A stretch of 40,574 bases of DNA from an uncultured Clostridia bacterium (GCA_938044725.1 CALIOW010000258.1:1-40574), one strand, 5' to 3'. Numbered from the stretch's first letter, positions 28,787-37,614 are shown. Notes: a model not told the origin generated them from the letters alone. A program made the numbers and translations.

Positions 28787-29556
28787 AACTCCTTTTTACT
28801 AAAAATATATTTGCCTACTATATAAATCAGTATAAGCAAACAGACAAGCAAAGCAAATGCCGGCCAATCAATAGTCATTACACCGAAATACGCATTGTCA
28901 AATCGTGTCTGTTTATCCCAGCCAAAAAGTCCGACAAATTGCAAAGCCCCGTAATACCCCCATAATATGCTTTTTCGCAAAAACGGAAATTGTGGCAAAA
29001 ACATAGAAAACAGTCCGGTAAACTCACCGATTACCCCAACGAAAAACGGAATAGCCTGATTCTTAAAAATCATAGACAGCGAGTGCTGAAAAATGTAAAT
29101 TGAGGCAGTCGGAATAATAGTAAACAAGAGATAAAGCAAATAATTATTTATCGGAAATGCTTCTATGAAACCTACAATTTTTCCGTACACTATTGTCAAT
29201 ACCCAAAACAGAATAACGCCGGAAATAACAATAGTTAATCCATAAATCAATTTTACATCAAAGATTTTTCCTTTATCCTCCATAGTACATAACAATTTGA
29301 AATTACCGCCCTTATGTTCAATATCACAAAGTCTTGAAGCAATAACCGTACACAACAGCGGAAAAAATATAGCATTTACAAGAGGAAATTGATATAAAAA
29401 CATTGTATATCCGTTTTGCCTGATAAAATCGCTCATATCTTTTGAAGATGTGCCGTAAAATGCCCACATTCCCATTAAAACAAGTAATGCAAAGGCAGTA
29501 AGAAATATATGCTTTCGTTTTGTTTTCATATATTCGCATTTAATTAGTTTTATCAT
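28783..29556 (-). CDS. Lantibiotic-immunity-type ABC-2 permease (MutE/EpiE/LanE-like)
   Basis: 257-aa protein with six TM segments. Its start and stop overlap both neighbours. Confidence 0.7.
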   Translation of the reverse strand: MIKLIKCEYMKTKRKHIFLTAFALLVLMGMWAFYGTSSKDMSDFIRQNGYTMFLYQFPLVNAIFFPLLCTVIASRLCDIEHKGGNFKLLCTMEDKGKIFDVKLIYGLTIVISGVILFWVLTIVYGKIVGFIEAFPINNYLLYLLFTIIPTASIYIFQHSLSMIFKNQAIPFFVGVIGEFTGLFSMFLPQFPFLRKSILWGYYGALQFVGLFGWDKQTRFDNAYFGVMTIDWPAFALLVCLLILIYIVGKYIFSKKEF

Positions 29557-30284
29557 AAGCTCATATCCTTTCCGGTCAAATCCAAGAAAATTTGTTCAAG
29601 AGACTTATTTTTATCTGTTTCGTGTAAATTAGACAGTGCTCCCTGATAACGCATTTTCCCGTTTGCTATAATGCCAATGTCATCTGCCAGCTGATCTATT
29701 TCAGAAAGCAAGTGGCTTGATACAATTACAGTCATTCCGTATTTTTTCGGGAGTGATTTTACAAGCTCTCTCATTTCTTGTATTCCCGACGGATCAAGTC
29801 CGTTTGTCGGCTCATCAAGAATGAGCAGCTTTGGGAAAGCAAGAAGTGCGGAAGCAAGACCGAGTCTTTGTTTCATACCAAGAGAGAATTGAGAAGTTTT
29901 TTTATTTCCCTGTCTGTCAAGACGGACAATTTTAAGAACTTCATCAATATTGCTATCCGGCAAATCGAGAATAGTCGTATATATTTTTAAGTTTTCCTTT
30001 GCCGTAAGATGTCCGTAATACGACGGTGATTCTATTAAGGAGCCTATATTCTTCAAAGTTAAAATCCGGTTTTTTTCAGTAAATCTCTGACCGAACATAT
30101 CTATTTCCCCCGCCGTCGGGTGAACAAGTCCTAAAAGCATTTTAAGAGTTGTGGATTTGCCCGCTCCGTTAGGCCCTAAAAATCCATAAATTTTTCCCTC
30201 TTTCACTGACATATCAAGATTATTTACACAGCATATATCACCGTATCTTTTAGTCAGATTAGTTGTTTTTACAATTTCTTTCAT
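29553..30284 (-). CDS. ABC transporter ATP-binding protein (LanF-like)
   Basis: Walker A GPNGAGKST, signature-like FSLGMKQR and Walker B LLILDEP. Start set at ATG 30284 with a GAGGT RBS 8 nt upstream. Confidence 0.9.
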   Translation of the reverse strand: MKEIVKTTNLTKRYGDICCVNNLDMSVKEGKIYGFLGPNGAGKSTTLKMLLGLVHPTAGEIDMFGQRFTEKNRILTLKNIGSLIESPSYYGHLTAKENLKIYTTILDLPDSNIDEVLKIVRLDRQGNKKTSQFSLGMKQRLGLASALLAFPKLLILDEPTNGLDPSGIQEMRELVKSLPKKYGMTVIVSSHLLSEIDQLADDIGIIANGKMRYQGALSNLHETDKNKSLEQIFLDLTGKDMSL

Positions 30285-30340
30285 ATTGTTTGACCTCATT
30301 TCTTTTAAGATATTTTGATAATAACACGCGTACCTTTCGC

Positions 30341-30371
30341 CAAACTTAAATCAACCTTAACGCAACCTTAA
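30341..30371 (-). promoter_or_regulatory. Three 11-bp-phased direct repeats TTAAG(G/T)TTG abutting the -35 position of the lanFEG promoter
   Basis: The minus strand reads TTAAGGTTGcgTTAAGGTTGatTTAAGTTTGgc, then 17 nt, then TGt-TATTAT (plus 30318-30323). Repeat starts are exactly 11 nt apart. Confidence 0.6.
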
Positions 30372-30380
30372 ATTTTGCAT

Positions 30381-30402
30381 TTGTAGCGAAAATGTAGCGT
30401 TA
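30381..30402 (+). promoter_or_regulatory. 22-bp element TTGTAGCGAAAATGTAGCGTTA (TGTAGCG x2, 11-bp period) upstream of the response-regulator gene
   Basis: It ends 28 nt before TGg-TATAAT (30431-30436). A near-identical copy lies at 34334-34355. Confidence 0.6.
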
Positions 30403-30453
30403 AAGTATTTAATAATTGCCGGATAAGTGGTATAATTATTATGGTGATTTATT

Positions 30454-31158
30454 ATGAAAGAAATATTGAATAAAAAAATACTTGTTGTTGATGACGAGCC
30501 GGAACTTTTGCAAATGGTGCAAAATGCACTGTTTGACGCTGGTTTTTGGAATGTTCATACTGCGGCAACTTGCGCACAAGCTGTGTCTTTTGCTAAATCC
30601 CAACCTGTGGCACTCTTTTTACTTGACGTTAATTTACCCGACGGGAACGGATTTATGTTATATAAAACTTTGCGTGAAAGCTCAAATGCTCCCGTAATAT
30701 TTTTGACAGCAAGGGGTGAGGCTGATGATAAAGTACGCGGATTTGATTTAGGTGCAGACGATTATATTGTAAAACCCTTTTTGCTCTCTGAACTAATCTT
30801 GCGAGTAAAGGCATTGCTTCGCCGAACATATACAATCGTGCATAAAGAAACAGGGTTTTATGTTGATGATAAATACATTGACTTTGAAAAAGCTGCCGTA
30901 ATACATAACGAAAAAGAAATTCCGCTGACACCGAAAGAATTTATTATCATTAAAAAATTATGGGAAAACAAAAACAAAATCGTTACAAATGATGCCCTGT
31001 GTCTTACGGCGTGGGGCGAGGACTACTACGGACACGAAAACACGCTAATGGTACACATTCGCAGGCTGCGTGAAAAAATTGAGAAAAGTCCGTCTGCTCC
31101 CCGTCATATTGTTACGGTAAAAGGACTTGGTTATAAGTGGGTGTCTGAAAATGAATAA
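30454..31158 (+). CDS. OmpR/PhoB-family response regulator
   Basis: Receiver domain (LLDVNLPDGNG) plus a winged-helix output domain (VTVKGLGYKW). Confidence 0.9.
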   Translation: MKEILNKKILVVDDEPELLQMVQNALFDAGFWNVHTAATCAQAVSFAKSQPVALFLLDVNLPDGNGFMLYKTLRESSNAPVIFLTARGEADDKVRGFDLGADDYIVKPFLLSELILRVKALLRRTYTIVHKETGFYVDDKYIDFEKAAVIHNEKEIPLTPKEFIIIKKLWENKNKIVTNDALCLTAWGEDYYGHENTLMVHIRRLREKIEKSPSAPRHIVTVKGLGYKWVSENE

Positions 31159-32485
31159 AACTACAATAAAAATATTTTTAAGCTTTTCATTTGTGTCGGC
31201 TATAATTGCGACAATGCTCCTTGTTATGAACGCTTTGGGTATTGGAATACTGATTACTGACACAGGTATAATAACTCCGAAGCATTCGCCAACATCTGTT
31301 TTGGAAGATATTTCGCTAAATTTAGAAAAAACAGACACGGGATATACTCTTGCAAACACAAATATTCCGAGTGAATACTGGTGCATTCTCTTAAACGACG
31401 ACGGAAACATTGTCTGGTCTCAAAATAAGCCTGATGATATTCCAACGCATTATTCTATACGAGACATTGCAAAACTCACGCATTGGTTTTTGTGCGATTA
31501 CCCTGTTTTTGTCCGCACTGAAAACTGCGGACTTTTAATTCTCGGTATACCTAAAAATGCGGTCGGAAAATATGAGCTTATATATTCAATGAAATGGTTT
31601 GACACATTGCCCGAAAGAATTGTTATAATACTTTTAATAAATCTTGCAATAGCGCTTTTATTGAGCTTAATTTTCGGGAGAAAACTTTACGGCAACTTAA
31701 AAACAGTAACTTCCGCAATAAACGATTTGCGAAGTGAGAAAACTGTAAATTTGCCCGAAAAAGGAATATTTCGTGATGTTCGGCGAAACATTAACGAAAC
31801 CTCAAAATCAATGCTTCGTAAAAATGCGATACTTTCCGAAAGAGATAAAGCACGCATAAATTGGATTGCAGGCATTTCACACGATATACGGACTCCGCTT
31901 GCAATCATAATGGGCAATGCCGAAGAACTTGAAAATTCACCTGAGCTCACGGAAAACAGCAGAAAGAAAGCAACGGCGGCAAAAAAACAGAGCATAAAAA
32001 TAAAAAAACTGATAGAGGATTTGAATTTGATTTCATCTTTGGAATATGATATGCAGCCCTCAAAGAAACATCAAATATCCGTATGCCCGTTAATTCGTGA
32101 AATTGTCTGCGACATATATAACAATATCGGCGATAAATATTTGATAGATGTTGAACTGGGTGCGGAAAATGCTATCGTTTTGGGTGATGAAAATTTACTC
32201 GGCAGAGCATTTTTCAACATCATAAATAACAGCATTGTTCATAACAAAGACGGTTGTGCAATAAGCATTTCCGAATATGTAAAGGACAAAAATGTTTTTA
32301 TAGAAATTAAAGACGACGGCAGCGGATTTGATAATGCTGTTATTCAAAATTCTGATGAAATATTGCAGGGCAAACACGGTTTAGGCCTTTCTATGACAAG
32401 AAAAATTGTTAAGGCACACGGCGGTACGCTGAAAATACAGAACAATAACGGTTGTGTTGTAACAATAAAAATACCGACAGAATAG
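31151..32485 (+). CDS. Sensor histidine kinase with a ~130-aa extracytoplasmic loop
   Basis: H-box SHDIRTPL and HATPase G-box GLGLSM. Two TM segments flank a large loop. ATG 31151 overlaps the regulator's stop. Confidence 0.9.
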   Translation: MNKTTIKIFLSFSFVSAIIATMLLVMNALGIGILITDTGIITPKHSPTSVLEDISLNLEKTDTGYTLANTNIPSEYWCILLNDDGNIVWSQNKPDDIPTHYSIRDIAKLTHWFLCDYPVFVRTENCGLLILGIPKNAVGKYELIYSMKWFDTLPERIVIILLINLAIALLLSLIFGRKLYGNLKTVTSAINDLRSEKTVNLPEKGIFRDVRRNINETSKSMLRKNAILSERDKARINWIAGISHDIRTPLAIIMGNAEELENSPELTENSRKKATAAKKQSIKIKKLIEDLNLISSLEYDMQPSKKHQISVCPLIREIVCDIYNNIGDKYLIDVELGAENAIVLGDENLLGRAFFNIINNSIVHNKDGCAISISEYVKDKNVFIEIKDDGSGFDNAVIQNSDEILQGKHGLGLSMTRKIVKAHGGTLKIQNNNGCVVTIKIPTE

Positions 32486-32491
32486 TTTGAA

Positions 32492-32524
32492 AAAGCGAGG
32501 GAAAATAAACCTTCGCTTTTTTAT
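32492..32524 (+). terminator. Intrinsic terminator after the kinase gene
   Basis: AAAGCGAGGG pairs with CCTTCGCTTT (one G-U pair), followed by a T-run. Confidence 0.75.
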
Positions 32525-32532
32525 TGTGTTTT

Positions 32533-32579
32533 TTGGACTTTTTTAGTGTTTGAATTGTAGTAATAATAGAGGGAAAAAC
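32533..32579 (+). promoter_or_regulatory. Candidate mobC-relaxase promoter carrying the same TTGTAGTAATAAT element as the orf7-like promoter
   Basis: TTGGAC (32533-32538), an 18-19-nt spacer, then TAGTAA (32558-32563). The element TTGTAGTAATAATAGAGGGAAAAAC spans 32555-32579. Confidence 0.4.
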
Positions 32580-32599
32580 TTGCGTTTTAAGAGAATAGC

Positions 32600-32700
32600 A
32601 AGCAAAGCGAGTGAGTACCCACTCACGATTTTTACGGCGGTCATTTCTTTGAAATTGCCGTAAAAATATTTTTGGGATATTCCCAAACCCTTTAATCTGA
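32600..32700 (+). other. oriT: Candidate oriT region (inverted repeats upstream of mobC)
   Basis: Three inverted repeats lie within about 100 nt of mobC: GTGAGT-accc-ACTCAC, TTTTTACGGC...GCCGTAAAAA (10 bp) and TTTGGGA-tat-TCCCAAA. No nic site was identified. Confidence 0.35.
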
Positions 32701-32716
32701 AAATGCGGAGGTTTTT

Positions 32717-33046
32717 ATGAAAAACAGGAAAAGAAACATACAACTGAAAATATGGGTAACGGCAGAGGAACGAAAGCTGATTGAACATAAAATGTCGCTT
32801 GTGCCGACAAATCAAATCGGGGCGTATTTGCGGAAAATGGCGATTGACGGATATATCATATACACCGATACGAAAGACATTCAGGCTATGAATAAGGAAT
32901 TGCAGAGGATCGGCAGAAACATAAATCAAATTGCAAAGCGTGTTAATTCCACAAGCAGTATATATATGACCGATATTGAGGAATTAAAAGAGGATTTACA
33001 GAATATATGGCGGTTACAAAGAACCATCCTATCAACTCTACGCTAA
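32717..33046 (+). CDS. mobC: Relaxosome accessory protein MobC
   Basis: 109 aa. IQLKIWVTAEERKLIEHKM...LQRIGRNINQIAKRVN is the MobC-family pattern. It overlaps the relaxase start. Confidence 0.85.
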   Translation: MKNRKRNIQLKIWVTAEERKLIEHKMSLVPTNQIGAYLRKMAIDGYIIYTDTKDIQAMNKELQRIGRNINQIAKRVNSTSSIYMTDIEELKEDLQNIWRLQRTILSTLR

Positions 33047-34332
33047 AAAAAGCAATTCAATATATCTGCAATCCCGAAAAGACAGACGGAACGCTGCTTA
33101 TCGACTCTTACGGCTGCACGCCTGAAACTGCCGATATTGAGTTTGAATGGACGAGGAAAAAGGCAAAGGACAACGGCAAAGAGAGTCATCTTGCAAGACA
33201 CTTTATACAAGCCTTTGAGCCGGGCGAAACAACGCCGGAACAGGCTCACGAAATCGGAAAGAAATTAGCTGATGAAATTCTGGGTGGCAAGTACGAATAC
33301 ATTTTAAGTACGCACATTGACAGGGGGCACATTCACAACCATATCATTTTTAATGATGTGAATTTTGTTGATTACAGGCACAGTCATATCAATAAAAAAT
33401 GGTATTACGATACACGCAAAATAAGCGACCGTATTTGTGAGGAATACGGTCTATCTGTTATTCCGCAGAATGAGAATAAAGGCAAAAGCTATATCGAATA
33501 TACGGCGGCAAAACAAGGTACAAGCTATAAGGCACAGCTTAAAGCGGATATTGACAAAGCTGTCCGAAAATCGCTTGACTATTCCGATTTTCTGCTGCGT
33601 ATGAAAATCGCCGGATATGAAGTAAAGAAAGGTAAATATATTTCATTCCGAGCCGCAGAGCGGGAACGGTTTATACGGAGCAAAACTCTGGGCTGTTATT
33701 ATACAGAGGATTCTATAAAAGAACGAATTGCAAAGAACGCTATACACCGACCGAAAAAAGAAAGCCGCTGTATCAACCTTATTATCGACATTCAGAATTG
33801 TATTAAGGCACAGGAAAGCAAAGGTTATGAGCATTGGAGCAAAATATATAACTTAAAGCAGGCGGCAAAAACTTTGAATTTCTTGACCGAAAATAATCTG
33901 ACTACCTATGAGGATTTAGAGGCTGCCGTAAATAAAATACATTCAGACTTTGACGATACATCACAAAAAATAAAGACGGTTGAGAAAGCTATCGGCAAAA
34001 ATGCGATACTGATAAAACAGCTTGAAATATATCGACAGTGCCGACCTATATACTTGAAACTGCAAAAGGTAAAAAACAAAGAAGGCTTTACACGGAAATT
34101 CCAAAGAGAACTGATTTTATATGAGGCTGCCGAAAGAAATCTGAAAGGCAAAAATCCGCCGCCGCTTGAAACTCTTATAAAGGACAACGGGGATCTGTCG
34201 GAACGGAAAGCAAAACTGTATGATGAATACAAAAAGCTGAAATCAAAATCCGCTGAAATCGAGGTTATCCGTTCAAATGTTGATACGCTGCTTAACCGTC
34301 CGAGAGAACGCAATCCCGAAATCGAAAAATAA
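33007..34332 (+). CDS. Relaxase/mobilisation nuclease (MobA/VirD2 family)
   Basis: N-terminal MAVTKNHPINSTLKKAIQYICNPEKT and the histidine triad THIDRGHIHNHIIFN. 441 aa. Confidence 0.9.
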   Translation: MAVTKNHPINSTLKKAIQYICNPEKTDGTLLIDSYGCTPETADIEFEWTRKKAKDNGKESHLARHFIQAFEPGETTPEQAHEIGKKLADEILGGKYEYILSTHIDRGHIHNHIIFNDVNFVDYRHSHINKKWYYDTRKISDRICEEYGLSVIPQNENKGKSYIEYTAAKQGTSYKAQLKADIDKAVRKSLDYSDFLLRMKIAGYEVKKGKYISFRAAERERFIRSKTLGCYYTEDSIKERIAKNAIHRPKKESRCINLIIDIQNCIKAQESKGYEHWSKIYNLKQAAKTLNFLTENNLTTYEDLEAAVNKIHSDFDDTSQKIKTVEKAIGKNAILIKQLEIYRQCRPIYLKLQKVKNKEGFTRKFQRELILYEAAERNLKGKNPPPLETLIKDNGDLSERKAKLYDEYKKLKSKSAEIEVIRSNVDTLLNRPRERNPEIEK

Positions 34333-34333
34333 A

Positions 34334-34355
34334 TTGTAGCGCAAATGTAGCGTTA
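34334..34355 (+). promoter_or_regulatory. Second copy of the 22-bp element (TTGTAGCGCAAATGTAGCGTTA)
   Basis: 21 of 22 nt are identical to 30381-30402. It ends 29 nt before TACAAT (34385-34390), upstream of the 34426 ORF. Confidence 0.6.
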
Positions 34356-34425
34356 TAGGGCTGGGCGCAGCAAAAGTATTGTGATACAATAAATATAACT
34401 AAAAAGGTTTAGGAGGTACAGCCTT

Positions 34426-35007
34426 ATGAAGAAAATCAAAACATTTTTAACAGCAGCGGCAATTTTAGCCGCAATTACACAGTCGGCATACGCCGCAGAA
34501 ATTCCGGTTGAGTGTGCGCCGGAAAACGCAACGGCTGAAAGCATTACAATAACGGAAAATCTGATTAGCCCGATTCTTGACGAGGTGCAAAACGGTTTAG
34601 GTTATCAGCCTGCTTGGTGCAAAGCTCATAACGCAGTATTTAACGCCGTGCTTGTAAATGAAACAGGCGGTTACGGTTATCTTGATTTAGCCGCTGTCGC
34701 ACGGAACGCACTCATATATTACCGTGATGTTTATTTAAGACCTGAATACTATGCGGAAAAGGAAGCGGCTGCAAAACTGCTCTTATCGGATATTATTTCA
34801 GAGGTCGAGAACGGGACAAAAGATTATGATACCGCGCTCAAAGAGGCATACACAAAAATCTATCAGACAATAAATCCCGCCTATGTTCCGAATGAGGAAA
34901 TCGGTGTTGACCGAATATATTTAGATATTCCCGCTGCCGATACAGTAATGTTTACACAGGCAAGAAAGCTGCTCAAAGAAGCACAGACAAGGAGTGTTCA
35001 AAAATGA
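34426..35007 (+). CDS. Secreted hypothetical protein (193 aa)
   Basis: Signal peptide MKKIKTFLTAAAILAAITQSAYA with predicted cleavage before AE. Strong AGGAGG RBS. I recognise no family. Confidence 0.65.
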   Translation: MKKIKTFLTAAAILAAITQSAYAAEIPVECAPENATAESITITENLISPILDEVQNGLGYQPAWCKAHNAVFNAVLVNETGGYGYLDLAAVARNALIYYRDVYLRPEYYAEKEAAAKLLLSDIISEVENGTKDYDTALKEAYTKIYQTINPAYVPNEEIGVDRIYLDIPAADTVMFTQARKLLKEAQTRSVQK

Positions 35008-35333
35008 CGAGAACGGATATTTTAATACGGTTTATCAAAAAGAGCATAGCTCCGATAATAACCGCAATACTTTTATATAACCTGTTCGCCGGGCTTTGCA
35101 TAGCAAACGGGAATTTGAATTATATGTATCTTTTAATGCTTTGCGGAATACCTTTCGGAATACGGTTTATGTTCACACTGCCGGTCTTTATCGGAAATCC
35201 GGGCGTCGGCATTTTTATGACGGCTGCCAACATAGCAATAGGCGCCGTAATCGGCGGCATAATCTTAATATGGAAATTGCTTGTCGCCGTCTGTTATGTG
35301 CCGTACACCGCTGTAAAGCTGATAACCGCATAA
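35004..35333 (+). CDS. Small integral membrane hypothetical protein (109 aa, about 3 TM)
   Basis: Translationally coupled to the preceding ORF (ATGA overlap). It has three hydrophobic helices. Confidence 0.6.
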   Translation: MTRTDILIRFIKKSIAPIITAILLYNLFAGLCIANGNLNYMYLLMLCGIPFGIRFMFTLPVFIGNPGVGIFMTAANIAIGAVIGGIILIWKLLVAVCYVPYTAVKLITA

Positions 35334-35342
35334 AAAAATAAA

Positions 35343-35400
35343 CCGTGATACTCTCTACCATTTAAGATAGAATGTATCACGGTATTTTTGTGTTTTTTTG
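35343..35400. terminator. Bidirectional intrinsic terminator
   Basis: CCGTGATAC (35343-35351) pairs with GTATCACGG (35374-35382), with T-rich tails on both strands. Confidence 0.7.
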
Positions 35401-35540
35401 CAACAAGGGTACAGTTTGTACCCCTGTTAAATGTAGAAAATGAAATTGTCATTTTCGCAGGTTTTAGAGGAATTATATTACCCTGTCGGTTTCGGCGGTT
35501 AAAAAGCCTTATTTTACGCTGTTTTTTAGGTTTATATTTT

Positions 35541-35903
35541 CTACATGCCCGACCGCCTTTTGCGTATATAATTTGCCTTTTGCTTTCGTATTACAATTTT
35601 TCTGCATACGGGGCAATACTTGAATTTGTTGTTTGCCGCTTCGTACGGCTTTCTGCAATTTTGACAAATTCGTGTGTTTTTCGGTTTTGCAAGCTCAATA
35701 TATAAATCCTTATCTGCCGGAAGTACGGCAATTCTAAACCATTTACAGATAATATGCGAATAAGTTATACATTGAACGCACACGCACGGATCGCCGTCGT
35801 CAAGCCTTATGCAATTTCCGTTATCATAATTACAGCACAGCCGTTTTATAAGGGCGTTTACCTTTCTGCTTTGTTTCGGAGTAAGGTCTATTCTGTCTTT
35901 CAT
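35541..35903 (-). CDS. Cysteine-rich VLP-type protein
   Basis: 120 aa with the Cys clusters CCNYDNGNC, CVCVQC, CQNC and CPVC, plus a basic tail. Confidence 0.7.
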   Translation of the reverse strand: MKDRIDLTPKQSRKVNALIKRLCCNYDNGNCIRLDDGDPCVCVQCITYSHIICKWFRIAVLPADKDLYIELAKPKNTRICQNCRKPYEAANNKFKYCPVCRKIVIRKQKANYIRKRRSGM

Positions 35904-37612
35904 AGCTCCGGCGGCTTGTGTGAGGGCGTTTTTTTGTCCTTTCGTTCGCCTTGCTCCTTTTTCGCTTGATTTAACTGCTGCTTGATAGACGGCTTTTTGC
36001 TATCCTCCGGTGGCTCATTATTGATAATGCCGTCAATTTTGTTGTAGTTTTGCTCTGTCTGCATTTCTGCCGTTTCAAGATAATTAAAGGGCTTGTCTGC
36101 AAATCGTATTTCTCTTATCTGTTCAAATTGAGATAAAACACCTTTTTGCAGTCTGTCAAACTCTGCATAGACTTCTTTTGTAAAACTGCCGTTATCGAGC
36201 ATTTCCTGCTGACTGCATACCCAGCCGCTTCCGTACAGGAACGGGTAAAGCGTTAAATTATCCGTTATGTATGTGAGCGATTTATCGCTGTTGTCATAGT
36301 ACGCAAAGCCGTTATTGCCGAAAAGATAATTTTCGCTTTTACCCAAATACAGCTTATCATCATAACCGACAAATGCCGTCATACCCTTGTAATTGCTTAT
36401 CGCCGCCGAGCGCGTGTGAACATAATCGAAAAATTTATCAATCTTTTCCCAGCCTGCTTTATCGCAGTAATAGGCGTTATCTTTACCCTTATCGGAAAGT
36501 ACAACAATATCCGAAACGCTTAAACTGTGCCCGTAAAAATCATAAGGGCGGTTTGTGTTAAATTCTGTGAAAATGCTTTCCAATGTTGTATCGGCTTTCA
36601 TTTGTGCGGAATAAATAAGCTCATAGTTTTCGATAACGGGCAGCTGCTTATTTTTTTTAATATGTTCCAAGCTCTCAAAGCGCAGTCCTCTTGTGCTGTC
36701 GTCGTCTTTGAGATGATATATCATAAAAAGCCTTTTCGGATAGTTTTTCTCAAATTCGCACAGGCTCTTATGCGGCTCATCGGCAGAGGTTAAGCCCATT
36801 TCATTAAAAACCTGCTTTAATCTGTGAGTTTTACCATGCAGAATATTATCAGACAAATCCTTTTGCATTTCAATAATTTCAGAATACACACGGTCATAGT
36901 CGGGGTGGTTTGCTCTTAAATACTCGTCAATCCGAACAGCCAGCCCCATAGAATCCTCAATCTCGATTTCCGATAATGCGTCTGTTGTTATGGAATACTC
37001 TTTCGGAATGGTATTTAAGTTGCCGTTGTATCTTTCGGTAAATTCAGAACCGCTGTTTTCCAAAACTCCGTAGCTGTCAAGGAATACGGCTTTATTGTCC
37101 TTTTTGCACCGTTCGCCATAGTCCCAAAAGTTCACAAAGTCCTCCAAATCGCCAAGCTCGCCTATTTTTATTCCGCATTCTTCGGCTTTGTATCTGCCGT
37201 AGTCGTCATAGTCGGATATGTCGGGAATAAAGCTGTAACACTCCGTATTCAGGGCAAGGTTTATAAGGTCGGCAACGCTCCTTGTATGCTCCTGTGCCTT
37301 GACCGCAGCCGTAAATATCCGATATTCGTTGCCGTCAAGATTAGATAAAATATCCGCCAAGTAATTAAGCTCGTCAATGTTTTCGGTTTCCTTGAACAGT
37401 CTTTTTGCATTGACGCCGGGTAAATAAAAATCCGTAATTTCAAAAATGTATTCACCGGGTTTTGCGTCAAGTTCAAGCCCGATTTCCTTAAAAATATATG
37501 TCAATTCCTCTTTGTTTACGGGTAATTCCATTAAAAAATGCCGGTAATTATCCGGCGTATTCCTGTATTCATAGCCGTTTGCGATTGCTGCCGTAAAATA
37601 AAATTCCGCCAT
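35900..37612 (-). CDS. ardA: Polyvalent protein: ArdA anti-restriction domain fused to a YodL-like domain, further domains and a basic C-terminal tail
   Basis: The N-terminal acidic ArdA-like region is followed by the YodL-like segment LFMIYHLKDD...YGHSLSVSDIVVL. ATG 37612 (GGAGG 7 nt upstream) is preferred over GTG 37618. Confidence 0.75.
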   Translation of the reverse strand: MAEFYFTAAIANGYEYRNTPDNYRHFLMELPVNKEELTYIFKEIGLELDAKPGEYIFEITDFYLPGVNAKRLFKETENIDELNYLADILSNLDGNEYRIFTAAVKAQEHTRSVADLINLALNTECYSFIPDISDYDDYGRYKAEECGIKIGELGDLEDFVNFWDYGERCKKDNKAVFLDSYGVLENSGSEFTERYNGNLNTIPKEYSITTDALSEIEIEDSMGLAVRIDEYLRANHPDYDRVYSEIIEMQKDLSDNILHGKTHRLKQVFNEMGLTSADEPHKSLCEFEKNYPKRLFMIYHLKDDDSTRGLRFESLEHIKKNKQLPVIENYELIYSAQMKADTTLESIFTEFNTNRPYDFYGHSLSVSDIVVLSDKGKDNAYYCDKAGWEKIDKFFDYVHTRSAAISNYKGMTAFVGYDDKLYLGKSENYLFGNNGFAYYDNSDKSLTYITDNLTLYPFLYGSGWVCSQQEMLDNGSFTKEVYAEFDRLQKGVLSQFEQIREIRFADKPFNYLETAEMQTEQNYNKIDGIINNEPPEDSKKPSIKQQLNQAKKEQGERKDKKTPSHKPPEL

Positions 37613-37614
37613 AA

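Noticed and set aside
30381-30402. TAGCGT/TAGCGA inside the 22-bp element as the CS-6 motif of an ssoA-type single-strand origin.
   Set aside because: The element is not in the loop of a long imperfect palindrome; only a 7-bp TTAACGC/GCGTTAA pairing flanks copy 1. Both copies also sit at fixed distances from -10 boxes, which fits a transcription-factor site better. I keep it only as a minor alternative.
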